DNA of 64,000 nt from Escherichia phage BF17: the sequence record MW822008.1; one strand, 5' to 3'. Shown piece after piece: positions 47,026 to 55,495 of the stretch (its first letter is position 1; each line of letters opens with the position of its first letter). The position numbers were made by a program, and so were the translations under genes. The notes beneath the pieces are model-generated. The model had not been told where the DNA came from and ran no database searches. It saw only the letters and a program-made list of their open reading frames with translations.

Positions 47026-47053
47026 TTGACAAGCCTGAACGATGTGATATAAT
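47026..47053 (+). promoter_or_regulatory. strong sigma70-type promoter P2 (TTGACA-N16-TGnTATAAT)
   Basis: TTGACA 47026-47031; TGaTATAAT ending 47053; about 92 bp downstream of P1 with similar flanks. Confidence 0.6.
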
Positions 47054-47115
47054 GACCACATCAAGACGGCAAAGAGAAATGCCTTTTTAAATACATGGAT
47101 GATTCATGAAGTAAC

Positions 47116-47159
47116 AAAGGAACTGATAAGTTAAAAATTCTTTTAACACAGTTCCTTTA
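47116..47159. promoter_or_regulatory. perfect 10-bp inverted repeat (AAAGGAACTG ... CAGTTCCTTT)
   Basis: Arms at 47116-47125 and 47150-47159 with 24-nt spacer; overlaps the -35 of P3. Confidence 0.5.
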
Positions 47160-47184
47160 CTTTTGCCCACGGATTGGCTATAAT
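47156..47184 (+). promoter_or_regulatory. sigma70-type promoter P3 (TTTACT-N17-TATAAT)
   Basis: TTTACT 47156-47161; TATAAT 47179-47184; about 40 nt upstream of the ATPase ATG. Confidence 0.5.
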
Positions 47185-47224
47185 AGAAACCTAAACGATT
47201 TTATCCAACAAAAGGAAAATATAC

Positions 47225-48553
47225 ATGTCTACTCAAAACAACGATATCCTGAACGTAAAACTGACTCCTAAGAAAGCTAAAGAAGCAATGGCACTGGCTG
47301 ACATGATTCAAGATAGCCTGATGATTTGGGGTAGCCCTGGTATCGGTAAATCTGCTATCGCACGTCAATACGCTGATGAGAACTACCCACTGCGTAAAGA
47401 TAACGTGGCAAAAATTGAGTTCATGAAACAACAAATCGAAGCTGATACTGAAAATGCTGATCAACTTCGCCGTGAACTGGCAGCGTTTGAAGCCAAACTA
47501 ATCGACCAAGACACTAACTTTATCGATTTCCGTTTGTCTCAGATTGAACCAAGTGACCTTCGCGGTATTCCAGTTCCAGAGAAAGTGTTCCTTGATATGG
47601 ATGGTAAGCAACTGATTGAATCTGAACTGGCTAGTGCACAAGATTACATCGCTGAAACAGCAGTTGTGTGGGCAGCACCTAAAGTACTGAAACTGTCTCC
47701 AGATTGGAAAGGTGTTATTCTGTTTGACGAAATCAACTCTGCAATGCCGATTGTACAGGCAGCGTCTTATCAGCTAATCCTCGACCGTTGTGTTGGTGAG
47801 ATGAAGCTACCTAAGACTGCACTGATTCTCGCAGCAGGTAACCGTGAAACTGATGGCGGTGTAACGTTCTCTCTAGCTACACCACTGCGTGACCGTATGA
47901 CCCACATCGAAATGATTCCTTATCATCAAGATTGGATTAACGATTATGCGATTGGTAAGCGTTTGAACCCAGCAACTGTAGCGTTCATCAACAACACTGG
48001 TGCTAAACACTTCAACACCCTTAGCCCACAAGATCCTTCTCACTGTGGTGGTACTTCTCCACGTTCATGGGAAGCAGTAGCACGCTACGAAGATCTGAAG
48101 AAAGTTAAGAACATTGATAAAGAAGTGTTCCGTGCGATGATTGCAGGTCGTGTTGGTGAAGGCGTAGCAACTGAATACATCGAGTATGTTGATAACGTAG
48201 CTAAACTACCAGATACCATGTCCATCCTACAGGGTGAGATTAAAGAGATTGATGCTTCGCTTGATATTTCCGCGAACTACTTCATCACTCTGAATCTGGT
48301 TTACAAAATTATCGACCTCTACAATGAGAAGCAAGAACAACGTCTACCAGTGGAAGATTGGGGTAAGCTGTGCAACAACTTCATCACCTTCCTAGACCAT
48401 AACTTCTCTGCAACTCAAGCAGAACTGGCAGTACTGGCGATTCGTACCATCACGCTTCATAAAGTAGCGATTACGATTAAAGATGTACCAGCGTTTAAAG
48501 ACTTCGTTATGAAGTACTCTGACCTAGTACGTAAAGCACGCTCTCTTGGTTAA
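47225..48553 (+). CDS. AAA+ ATPase, MoxR-like
   Basis: Walker A GSPGIGKSAIA, Walker B VILFDEINSA, single AAA module of about 440 aa. Confidence 0.7.
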   Translation: MSTQNNDILNVKLTPKKAKEAMALADMIQDSLMIWGSPGIGKSAIARQYADENYPLRKDNVAKIEFMKQQIEADTENADQLRRELAAFEAKLIDQDTNFIDFRLSQIEPSDLRGIPVPEKVFLDMDGKQLIESELASAQDYIAETAVVWAAPKVLKLSPDWKGVILFDEINSAMPIVQAASYQLILDRCVGEMKLPKTALILAAGNRETDGGVTFSLATPLRDRMTHIEMIPYHQDWINDYAIGKRLNPATVAFINNTGAKHFNTLSPQDPSHCGGTSPRSWEAVARYEDLKKVKNIDKEVFRAMIAGRVGEGVATEYIEYVDNVAKLPDTMSILQGEIKEIDASLDISANYFITLNLVYKIIDLYNEKQEQRLPVEDWGKLCNNFITFLDHNFSATQAELAVLAIRTITLHKVAITIKDVPAFKDFVMKYSDLVRKARSLG

Positions 48554-48574
48554 TAATTAAAAAGAGTGTTGACA

Positions 48575-48605
48575 AGAAGGATACCACATGGTATCCTTCT
48601 TTTAT
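48575..48605 (+). terminator. intrinsic terminator
   Basis: Perfect 11-bp hairpin AGAAGGATACC-acat-GGTATCCTTCT followed by T-rich run; TTGACA hexamer directly upstream. Confidence 0.65.
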
Positions 48606-48628
48606 CTTAACTAAACGAGGAAATACAA

Positions 48629-50038
48629 ATGTCAGATAAACGTTTCAGTGATGTTACTCCGGCTCTCCAGAAAGAATGTCAAGATCGTCTGATCTTAGCT
48701 CGCACATCTTTAATGCTAACATTCCCATTCTTTGGTGTACTGGCTTCTCGTCTGCGTCCAGTTGCAAACAATACATGGTGTCGTACTTTGGCAGTAGATG
48801 GTAAGCATTTATTCTACAACGTAGAATTCATCATGGGTATTCAGGACCAATCCAAAAAGACCGCATACGAAGAAGCAATTCGTGAGAAACATCCTGAAGT
48901 AACTGAAGAACAACTTAAAGAAATGACAGAAGGTTTGACTGATGAAAACCTGATTGCAGTTATCTGTCATGAGATTCTTCACTGTGCATATGACCACTTC
49001 TTGCGTCGTGGTATGCGTGACCCGCAGCGTTATAACCGTGCTGCTGACTATGCAATTAACCAGATTCTTGTTCGTGATAAAATTGGTAAAATCCAAAGCC
49101 AATGGCTGTACGATAAAAAGTACGATGGCATGACTGCTGAAGAGATTTATAACATTCTCGAAGAAGAAGATAAGCAGGATCAAGACGGAGAAGGTGAAGG
49201 TAACCCACAGGCTGGTAGTGGTGAGGGCGAAGGTAAATCACGTGGTACTTTTGGCGATATCAAAGATGGTAAAGGCAAAGGTACAACAATTGACCAGCAT
49301 GACGTTCCACAAGAAGGTCAAGAGGGTGGTTCAAGTGAGAAACAAAAACGTGATTATATGGATGATTTCAAAACAGCAATGATGAATGCTGCTCGTGCAG
49401 GTGGTACTCCTGCTGAAATCGCACGTATGATTAACAACTTCAAAGAACCAAAGATCGACTGGCGTTCTAAACTTCACCGCACGCTACGTAGCTGGTTGAA
49501 GTCTGACGCAACTTATCAAAGTCCTAATCGTCGTTCATGGGGTGCTGGTTTTGGTAGTACTGGTTCATTCTACGGGAATCCAATCTTCCCTGGCATGAAA
49601 CCTGATGATGATATTGATATTGCAATTGCACTAGATGCATCCGGTTCTATCTCTGAAGATATGCTCCGTGATTTCATCAGTGAAGTACTGGGTATCACTA
49701 AGCAGTTTAAACAATTTAAAATCCGTATCATGACGTTCGATACTGAAGTTTATACTGTAAAAGATTACAAAACTGGTGAAGAGAGTAAGATTCTTGAATA
49801 TCCAGTGAAAGGTGGTGGTGGTACTGACTTTGAAGCAGTATGGGTTCATATGAAGCATGACAACTATAAGCCAAAACAGCTTATTATGTTTACTGATGGT
49901 GAGCCGTGGCAGTCATGGGGCGATCCTGATTACTGTAAGACACTGTTTGTTATCCACAGTAATCCTAACAAACAAGCACCATTTGGTGAAACTGTACACT
50001 ACGAATATGAAGCTGACAAAAAGCGTCAACGTAGCTAA
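48629..50038 (+). CDS. VWA-domain protein with N-terminal HExxH metallopeptidase-like motif (DUF2201-like)
   Basis: HEILHCAYDH zinc-binding-like motif; MIDAS motif in DIAIALDASGSIS; immediately downstream of the MoxR-like ATPase. Confidence 0.65.
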   Translation: MSDKRFSDVTPALQKECQDRLILARTSLMLTFPFFGVLASRLRPVANNTWCRTLAVDGKHLFYNVEFIMGIQDQSKKTAYEEAIREKHPEVTEEQLKEMTEGLTDENLIAVICHEILHCAYDHFLRRGMRDPQRYNRAADYAINQILVRDKIGKIQSQWLYDKKYDGMTAEEIYNILEEEDKQDQDGEGEGNPQAGSGEGEGKSRGTFGDIKDGKGKGTTIDQHDVPQEGQEGGSSEKQKRDYMDDFKTAMMNAARAGGTPAEIARMINNFKEPKIDWRSKLHRTLRSWLKSDATYQSPNRRSWGAGFGSTGSFYGNPIFPGMKPDDDIDIAIALDASGSISEDMLRDFISEVLGITKQFKQFKIRIMTFDTEVYTVKDYKTGEESKILEYPVKGGGGTDFEAVWVHMKHDNYKPKQLIMFTDGEPWQSWGDPDYCKTLFVIHSNPNKQAPFGETVHYEYEADKKRQRS

Positions 50039-50050
50039 GTACTAAATAAT

Positions 50051-50081
50051 GAGAACGGAAAATTCCGTTCTCTACTTTTTT
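50051..50081 (+). terminator. intrinsic terminator
   Basis: Perfect hairpin GAGAACGG-aaaatt-CCGTTCTC followed by TTTTTT. Confidence 0.7.
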
Positions 50082-50147
50082 CAGCGGGACAGCTTGGAAA
50101 AAGGTGATATAATTATATTTGTAACAACATACATGGAGAGTATTAAA

Positions 50148-50378
50148 ATGGAACAAGAACCAGAAAAAATTCAACTAACACTAATCGACCTAATCAACGC
50201 TGCTAAAATCATGGAAGCTGCTGTGGCTCGTAATTCATTTAAAGTCGAAGAACTTGTTGATGTTGCTCCAGTCGTATCTAAGTTTGTTGAGTTTGCTAAC
50301 TCTGCACTCGAAGATATCAAAGCACAAGAAGAAGCTGAAGCTGCACAAGCTGCTGCTGAACAAAATAAAGGAGAATAA
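50148..50378 (+). CDS. small acidic protein (76 aa)
   Basis: ATG 50148 with GGAGAG RBS; extended -10 TGATATAAT at 50105-50113; ORF track start 50049 lies inside the terminator. Confidence 0.5.
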   Translation: MEQEPEKIQLTLIDLINAAKIMEAAVARNSFKVEELVDVAPVVSKFVEFANSALEDIKAQEEAEAAQAAAEQNKGE

Positions 50379-50380
50379 TA

Positions 50381-51034
50381 ATGGCTATTCGTCACGTTGG
50401 TGTAGTACGTAATACAGGTTCACGTGTATTTGTGGTATGGCGTTCACTCCCTGATGATCCAGAACATTGTCTCATTGTTTATCGCGATTCACTTCCTGAA
50501 GCATATGCTCAATCTGTTGCAGATTTAGTAATGAATCAAGGTCAATCGAATGTAGATTTGTGGGAAGTTATGCATAAGATTGGTCATCTAGACGGTCGCA
50601 AAATGCTAGATGTGCTTCATAATCTACAACATTTGCGTCGTGCACGTACTTGTGATATTGATATGCATGTTGGTGGCAACAGTAAGATTTCTCTTGATGT
50701 TCTAAACACCGCAATCAATGATAATGATGCTAAAAAACATGAAGATGGTAAAGTTAAAGAATACAACCCATTCAAGCCACAAGAAGTTGATACTTCTGTT
50801 GAAGAAGCTACCATTGTTGAGCAACTACTTAAAGATGCACAACGTTATGAGCAGTTGGCTAAAGAGCACTTTGAACGTGCTTACAACTTAGAACCATCTC
50901 TACGTCCACAAGTTCAAGCAACACCTGTAGCACCTGATAGCAAAACTTTCTATATTGAAATCCCAGAAGGAATTTCACAAACCAAAGCAATTGAGAAAGT
51001 TAAACAGGCATTTGCTGAACGTAAAGCAAAATAA
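50381..51034 (+). CDS. hypothetical protein (217 aa)
   Basis: ORF track. Confidence 0.5.
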   Translation: MAIRHVGVVRNTGSRVFVVWRSLPDDPEHCLIVYRDSLPEAYAQSVADLVMNQGQSNVDLWEVMHKIGHLDGRKMLDVLHNLQHLRRARTCDIDMHVGGNSKISLDVLNTAINDNDAKKHEDGKVKEYNPFKPQEVDTSVEEATIVEQLLKDAQRYEQLAKEHFERAYNLEPSLRPQVQATPVAPDSKTFYIEIPEGISQTKAIEKVKQAFAERKAK

Positions 51035-51039
51035 TATAA

Positions 51040-51633
51040 ATGAATAAAATAGAATTAGATGAAGCAATCAATGGTTTATCTAATGTATGTTTCAGTGGCG
51101 GGGCAGCAGGTGCTGACCGCCTTTTTTCTATCTATGCAAAAGACAATGGATTTGAAGTAATAAATTTTTCATTCAAGGGTCACCAAAGCAGTGTAGATGA
51201 AAATACTATATTAGAAATTCCATCCAATATCCTTTGTGATAGTTCAATATTAAAACAATTAAACATTGCATGTTACTCTTTACGCCGTAAAGTTCCTAAG
51301 CCTGGTTCGTATGTATATAACTTACTTGCAAGGAATAGTTACCAGATACTTAATACTAAAAGAGTATATTGTATTGCAAATATTACATCACCCACGCAAG
51401 TTTCAGGTGGAACTGCATGGGCAGTACAGATGTATATGGATTCAGTTGACAATCCAGAAATATATTGTTATGATATGAACACTCGCTCTGTATTTTATTA
51501 TGATACAGTACTGAAAGAGTTTACTGAAACATTCTCAATACCAGCACCACACGGTAACTGGACTGGGATTGGTTCACGTAATGCTACACAAAAACACATG
51601 GAACACTTTATTACATTTTTCAAGGACGTATAA
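51040..51633 (+). CDS. hypothetical protein, possibly a Rossmann-like nucleotide-binding protein (SLOG/DprA-like)
   Basis: Gly-rich SGGAAGADRLF and later GGTAWAVQ motifs; family assignment is a guess. Confidence 0.3.
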   Translation: MNKIELDEAINGLSNVCFSGGAAGADRLFSIYAKDNGFEVINFSFKGHQSSVDENTILEIPSNILCDSSILKQLNIACYSLRRKVPKPGSYVYNLLARNSYQILNTKRVYCIANITSPTQVSGGTAWAVQMYMDSVDNPEIYCYDMNTRSVFYYDTVLKEFTETFSIPAPHGNWTGIGSRNATQKHMEHFITFFKDV

Positions 51634-52562
51634 TGAAACAACTACAAGAACTATATCAAAGAATTCTGGATCAAGGTGTCGAAAGCGTTGATCGTACTGG
51701 TGTTGGCACTATCAAGCTAATCGGACAACAAATGCGTTTTGACCTAAAAGAAGGTTTCCCAGCAGTAACTACTAAACGTTTAGCTTGGAAAGCAATGACT
51801 TCAGAATTGTTATGGTTTATTGAAGGTTCTCACGATGAGCGTCGTCTGTGTGAAATTTTACACGGGACACGTGATGTAGAAAAGAAAACAATTTGGACAG
51901 ACAACTACCTTAATCAAGGTGTAAGCCTTGGGTATTCTGATGGTGAGCTTGGCCCAGTTTATGGTAAACAATGGCGTGAATGGGAAGATTATAAATTCAG
52001 TTCCAGTACTGAAGAAATTCAAGAACTAAAAGATAAAGGGTATAAAGTTATTGATTATACTGGTTCACATGGTGTTATTATGCGTCGTGTAACTGACCAG
52101 CTAAAACAAGTTATTGAAGGTATCAATACTGATCCATACGGTCGTCGTCACATTCTAAGTGCATGGAACGTTGGTGAGCTTGATGCTATGACTTTGCCAC
52201 CCTGTCATAGCTTTGTGCAGTTTTGTGTTGTACAGGGTAAACTAAGTTGTATTCTTCATCAACGTAGTGCTGATCTATTCCTTGGTGTGCCATTTAATAT
52301 TAGTAGTTACTCACTACTAACTCATATGATTGCACAAATTACAGGGTTAGATGTTGGTGAATTTATTTGGAATGGTGGCGACTGCCATATCTATCAAAAC
52401 CATATTGAACAAGTAAAAGAGCAACTCCAACGTGAACCACGTACATTACCAGAATTATGGTTAGATCCTACTATTACTGATATTGAAGATTTCACTATGG
52501 ATTCTTTCAAATTAGTTAATTACGATCCAATGCCATCAATCAAAGCACCAATGGCTGTATAA
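51633..52562 (+). CDS. thyA: thymidylate synthase
   Basis: DRTGVGT..G.QMRFDL..GFP.VTTKR, LLWF, GPVYGKQWR, PCHSF.QF, QRSADLFLGVPFNISSY (Asn conserved, indicating dUMP substrate) as in E. coli ThyA; about 35-aa insertion after WREW. Confidence 0.9.
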   Translation: MKQLQELYQRILDQGVESVDRTGVGTIKLIGQQMRFDLKEGFPAVTTKRLAWKAMTSELLWFIEGSHDERRLCEILHGTRDVEKKTIWTDNYLNQGVSLGYSDGELGPVYGKQWREWEDYKFSSSTEEIQELKDKGYKVIDYTGSHGVIMRRVTDQLKQVIEGINTDPYGRRHILSAWNVGELDAMTLPPCHSFVQFCVVQGKLSCILHQRSADLFLGVPFNISSYSLLTHMIAQITGLDVGEFIWNGGDCHIYQNHIEQVKEQLQREPRTLPELWLDPTITDIEDFTMDSFKLVNYDPMPSIKAPMAV

Positions 52563-52569
52563 AAGAAAA

Positions 52570-52593
52570 GGGAGACATAAGTCTCCCTTTTTT
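52570..52593. terminator. bidirectional intrinsic terminator between convergent + and - blocks
   Basis: GGGAGAC-ataa-GTCTCCC flanked by A-run upstream and T-run downstream. Confidence 0.7.
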
Positions 52594-52594
52594 A

Positions 52595-54559
52595 TTATCT
52601 TAATGTAACCAGTGTACGTCCGGCAAATCTCACATCAGGAGTTGCAGGGATACTGAACACTACGCTTGTTCCATTGAATGTAACACTATCAACTTCAACA
52701 CGAGTGTAAACACCAGTACTTACGAGTTCTTGAATTTCAGCAGTTACTATGTTACTAGCAGTTACTGTTAATGTGTAATATGAGCCGTTTAAAACCCACG
52801 CTGACGCAACAAACGGGTCAGTACGAACAGAACCAGAACCAATTGGAACCCATTGTCCTTGAACCTTCTGCATCGATGTACGTTCGGTATTTGAGTATGC
52901 AATCATACCATCAACACCAACCGAGTTATCAATTGTAGCCAGTACTGGTAATTGAATACCATATCGGTTGAAACGAGTACGAATAACACCGTTATCATAT
53001 ATACTTACATCAGCATAACTTCCCATAGTGAAACGTAAGTCTGCACCAAGTAGTTTTATATCACTTTGGTTAGTAGTACTTTCTAATGTGAATACACCAT
53101 TCTCTAGTAAGTTTATGTTTTTGAATTTGTTATTAGTTCCATTGAAATTAGTATTTGCATTATAAGTACTAACACCATTAACTGTAATAGTGTCACCAGT
53201 AGTGTCACCTAGTGTTGTATTACCTTTAACAACTAAATTCCCGCTGGCATTGATGTTACCTGCGTCTAAATCACCAGTTAGTGATGTTGAACCATCTACA
53301 ATAATATTTCCATGAAAATGTGATTCACCATTTTTAAATTCAACTTGAACTTTATTCATTGAACTCAAAGAAATAATATTACTACTTGCACTTATCCCTA
53401 CGTTTGTGTTTGATGCATTATCAAAACGTATTACTGGCGTAGCTGCTGGTGTAGCGGTAGTTTGGAATAATGTTAGTGTTCCATTATTAATTCGAACACG
53501 TTCTGTGCCAGCAGTGCTGAACCCAATTGCGTCATCGGATGGATGAAATATACCAGTATTAGCATCGGACCACTTAGTTGGGTCATTACCTGGGTTATTC
53601 GTTGGGTCAAACGGATTATTATTAAATGTCAATGCTGGTGCTGCTGCACTGCCATACACCACCCCAAAACGCCCAGAGCCGTCTGTTCCATCATTATACA
53701 TGGAATCACCAGTTCTACGTAAACACTCAATCACAACGTTATCTATGGATGTTTGAACGGTCCCTGCGTTTGTTCTAAATTGACGATGATTTGCAATCAT
53801 TACAGTATTGTCATATAATACTGAAGCAGCGGAAATGCTTGTTCTTGACTGACGAAGACGTATATTCTTATCTTCAGTTATAATAATCCAATCGCCATCT
53901 GAAAGTGCAGTTTGGTTCATTGGAACACCAGATGCAAATGGTTTGGTCAAGTCAGTATCTGTTGCTAAATTTTCAAGGCCATCATGACCAGTACTAGGAA
54001 TAGATGCAGTAATAATTCTAGCAAAAGCGTATGTTACTAGTTTAGCACCAGATATATTTGGATTAGAGTCAACATAATATAAAATTTCAATCCAATTACC
54101 TTGTCCAGTTGGATTTGTAGGTGTAAATGTAACAGGACTTGTTTGTGGATTATTTGCTTCATAATGTGCTTGTGCGGCATCCATTATACCACGCACGACA
54201 TAATAATCACCATTAAGCGATGGTGATGGTGCTGGTAGTGGAGTTTGTGCTAAAGGTGGATCAATATCATCTGGGATGGGATTATATGTACCAACAAATT
54301 GTAAACCACTAGTTACTGAATCTGGTAATTGGGAAGTAAGAAGTTTACCGTTTGCATCTAGGTTTGCAAAACGTCTATATGCCATTGAACCATCTTCAAA
54401 GTCTAGTACACCTTCAAATGCTTTCCATCCTTTATTGTATCTAATCATCCCTGATCTAACCACATCAGCGGTTTCTTTAGTCGGTGCTTTAGGTAATTCT
54501 AGAAATGCCTGACTATCTATAATTACACCACCATCACCTCTAATTCGATTTATACTCAT
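52595..54559 (-). CDS. tail fibre protein (distal, putative receptor-binding)
   Basis: 654 aa, Thr/Asn/Gly/Ser-rich; GAGGAAA RBS; last gene of the - strand fibre block. Confidence 0.5.
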   Translation of the reverse strand: MSINRIRGDGGVIIDSQAFLELPKAPTKETADVVRSGMIRYNKGWKAFEGVLDFEDGSMAYRRFANLDANGKLLTSQLPDSVTSGLQFVGTYNPIPDDIDPPLAQTPLPAPSPSLNGDYYVVRGIMDAAQAHYEANNPQTSPVTFTPTNPTGQGNWIEILYYVDSNPNISGAKLVTYAFARIITASIPSTGHDGLENLATDTDLTKPFASGVPMNQTALSDGDWIIITEDKNIRLRQSRTSISAASVLYDNTVMIANHRQFRTNAGTVQTSIDNVVIECLRRTGDSMYNDGTDGSGRFGVVYGSAAAPALTFNNNPFDPTNNPGNDPTKWSDANTGIFHPSDDAIGFSTAGTERVRINNGTLTLFQTTATPAATPVIRFDNASNTNVGISASSNIISLSSMNKVQVEFKNGESHFHGNIIVDGSTSLTGDLDAGNINASGNLVVKGNTTLGDTTGDTITVNGVSTYNANTNFNGTNNKFKNINLLENGVFTLESTTNQSDIKLLGADLRFTMGSYADVSIYDNGVIRTRFNRYGIQLPVLATIDNSVGVDGMIAYSNTERTSMQKVQGQWVPIGSGSVRTDPFVASAWVLNGSYYTLTVTASNIVTAEIQELVSTGVYTRVEVDSVTFNGTSVVFSIPATPDVRFAGRTLVTLR

Positions 54560-54605
54560 TTAAATATTTCCTCAGAATAGATTATATATTAAGTATTTAT
54601 TTTAG

Positions 54606-54637
54606 ATAAAAGAAAAGGCCAACCATAGTTGACCTTT
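54606..54637 (-). terminator. intrinsic terminator (- strand)
   Basis: Hairpin AAAGGTCAAC-tatg-GTTGGCCTTT followed by TTTCTTTT on the - strand. Confidence 0.5.
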
Positions 54638-54649
54638 AAAAAATATAAA

Positions 54650-55429
54650 TTAACGAGTACGCTCAGGAATATCAATACCTTCATATACCCATACAGCCGC
54701 CTGTTGTGCTTTATAAATTGCATCTTCATCAGCATCAGGAACTGCATCAATGTCAGCACATTGCTTATCACACTCTGCAAATAGGGATTCAACCATAGCA
54801 AATGCTTCAGTGTATAGTTGAGTCATTTCAGCAGCAGATAGTTTTACAATTGCGTCATCAAGGAAAATAGAAACACTATCAGCACCTGAAGTTACTTGAG
54901 TGTAATAGTTAAGAAGCATTTGACGACCAGCTAGATCAGTACTATAACGATGACCGTTAAACATATAACCAGCATTAATACGGTCACTACGAGATGATAC
55001 TGTGCGTGCTTTCAGATCAGATTTAACTGATGCAATGTCCATATCAACATAATTATAAGTTTTCAGTACTGTTAACTCTTTATATTCACCTTCTGCTTCT
55101 TCTAAGAATGTGATGACTGGTTGATTACTATCTAGTAGTTTAATATATTCCAAATTCTCATTAATTGCGTTCACGTTACCAACATTCTTATATTCCAACC
55201 ACCAGAAACCCTCTTCTTTACGAACAGCGTTATTAGGTTCAATTTCAGAACCATCTTTACTTGAAATACCATAAAGTGCACGAATATCGCTGTACAAATA
55301 ACGATATGTTTGTTCATCATCTGGAGTTGCTCCAGGGCGTTCTTTTAAACCCTTAACACCAACTGGGTTGGAGATGATGTTACCCAATTCATAATTTTCT
55401 TTAGAACTACCTTTTACATATGTAAACAT
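54650..55429 (-). CDS. hypothetical fibre-associated protein (259 aa)
   Basis: Sits between two fibre genes on the - strand; GAGGTAG RBS; globular composition. Confidence 0.45.
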   Translation of the reverse strand: MFTYVKGSSKENYELGNIISNPVGVKGLKERPGATPDDEQTYRYLYSDIRALYGISSKDGSEIEPNNAVRKEEGFWWLEYKNVGNVNAINENLEYIKLLDSNQPVITFLEEAEGEYKELTVLKTYNYVDMDIASVKSDLKARTVSSRSDRINAGYMFNGHRYSTDLAGRQMLLNYYTQVTSGADSVSIFLDDAIVKLSAAEMTQLYTEAFAMVESLFAECDKQCADIDAVPDADEDAIYKAQQAAVWVYEGIDIPERTR

Positions 55430-55452
55430 ATAACTACCTCACTTGTTAAGAT

Positions 55453-55486
55453 GGTGTCACCATAATTGATGACACCGTTTTTTTTA
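55453..55486 (+). terminator. hairpin plus T-run oriented for the + strand inside the - strand fibre block
   Basis: GGTGTCA-(10 nt)-TGACACC followed by GTTTTTTTTTT on the + strand. Confidence 0.4.
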
Positions 55487-55495
55487 TTTTAATTA

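Noticed and set aside
51633-52562. dCMP hydroxymethylase (hypermodified DNA) instead of thymidylate synthase
   Set aside because: The substrate-specifying residue in PFNISSY is Asn as in dUMP-specific thymidylate synthases (Asp in T4 dCMP hydroxymethylase), and thymidine kinase is present; ordinary thymine DNA is more likely.
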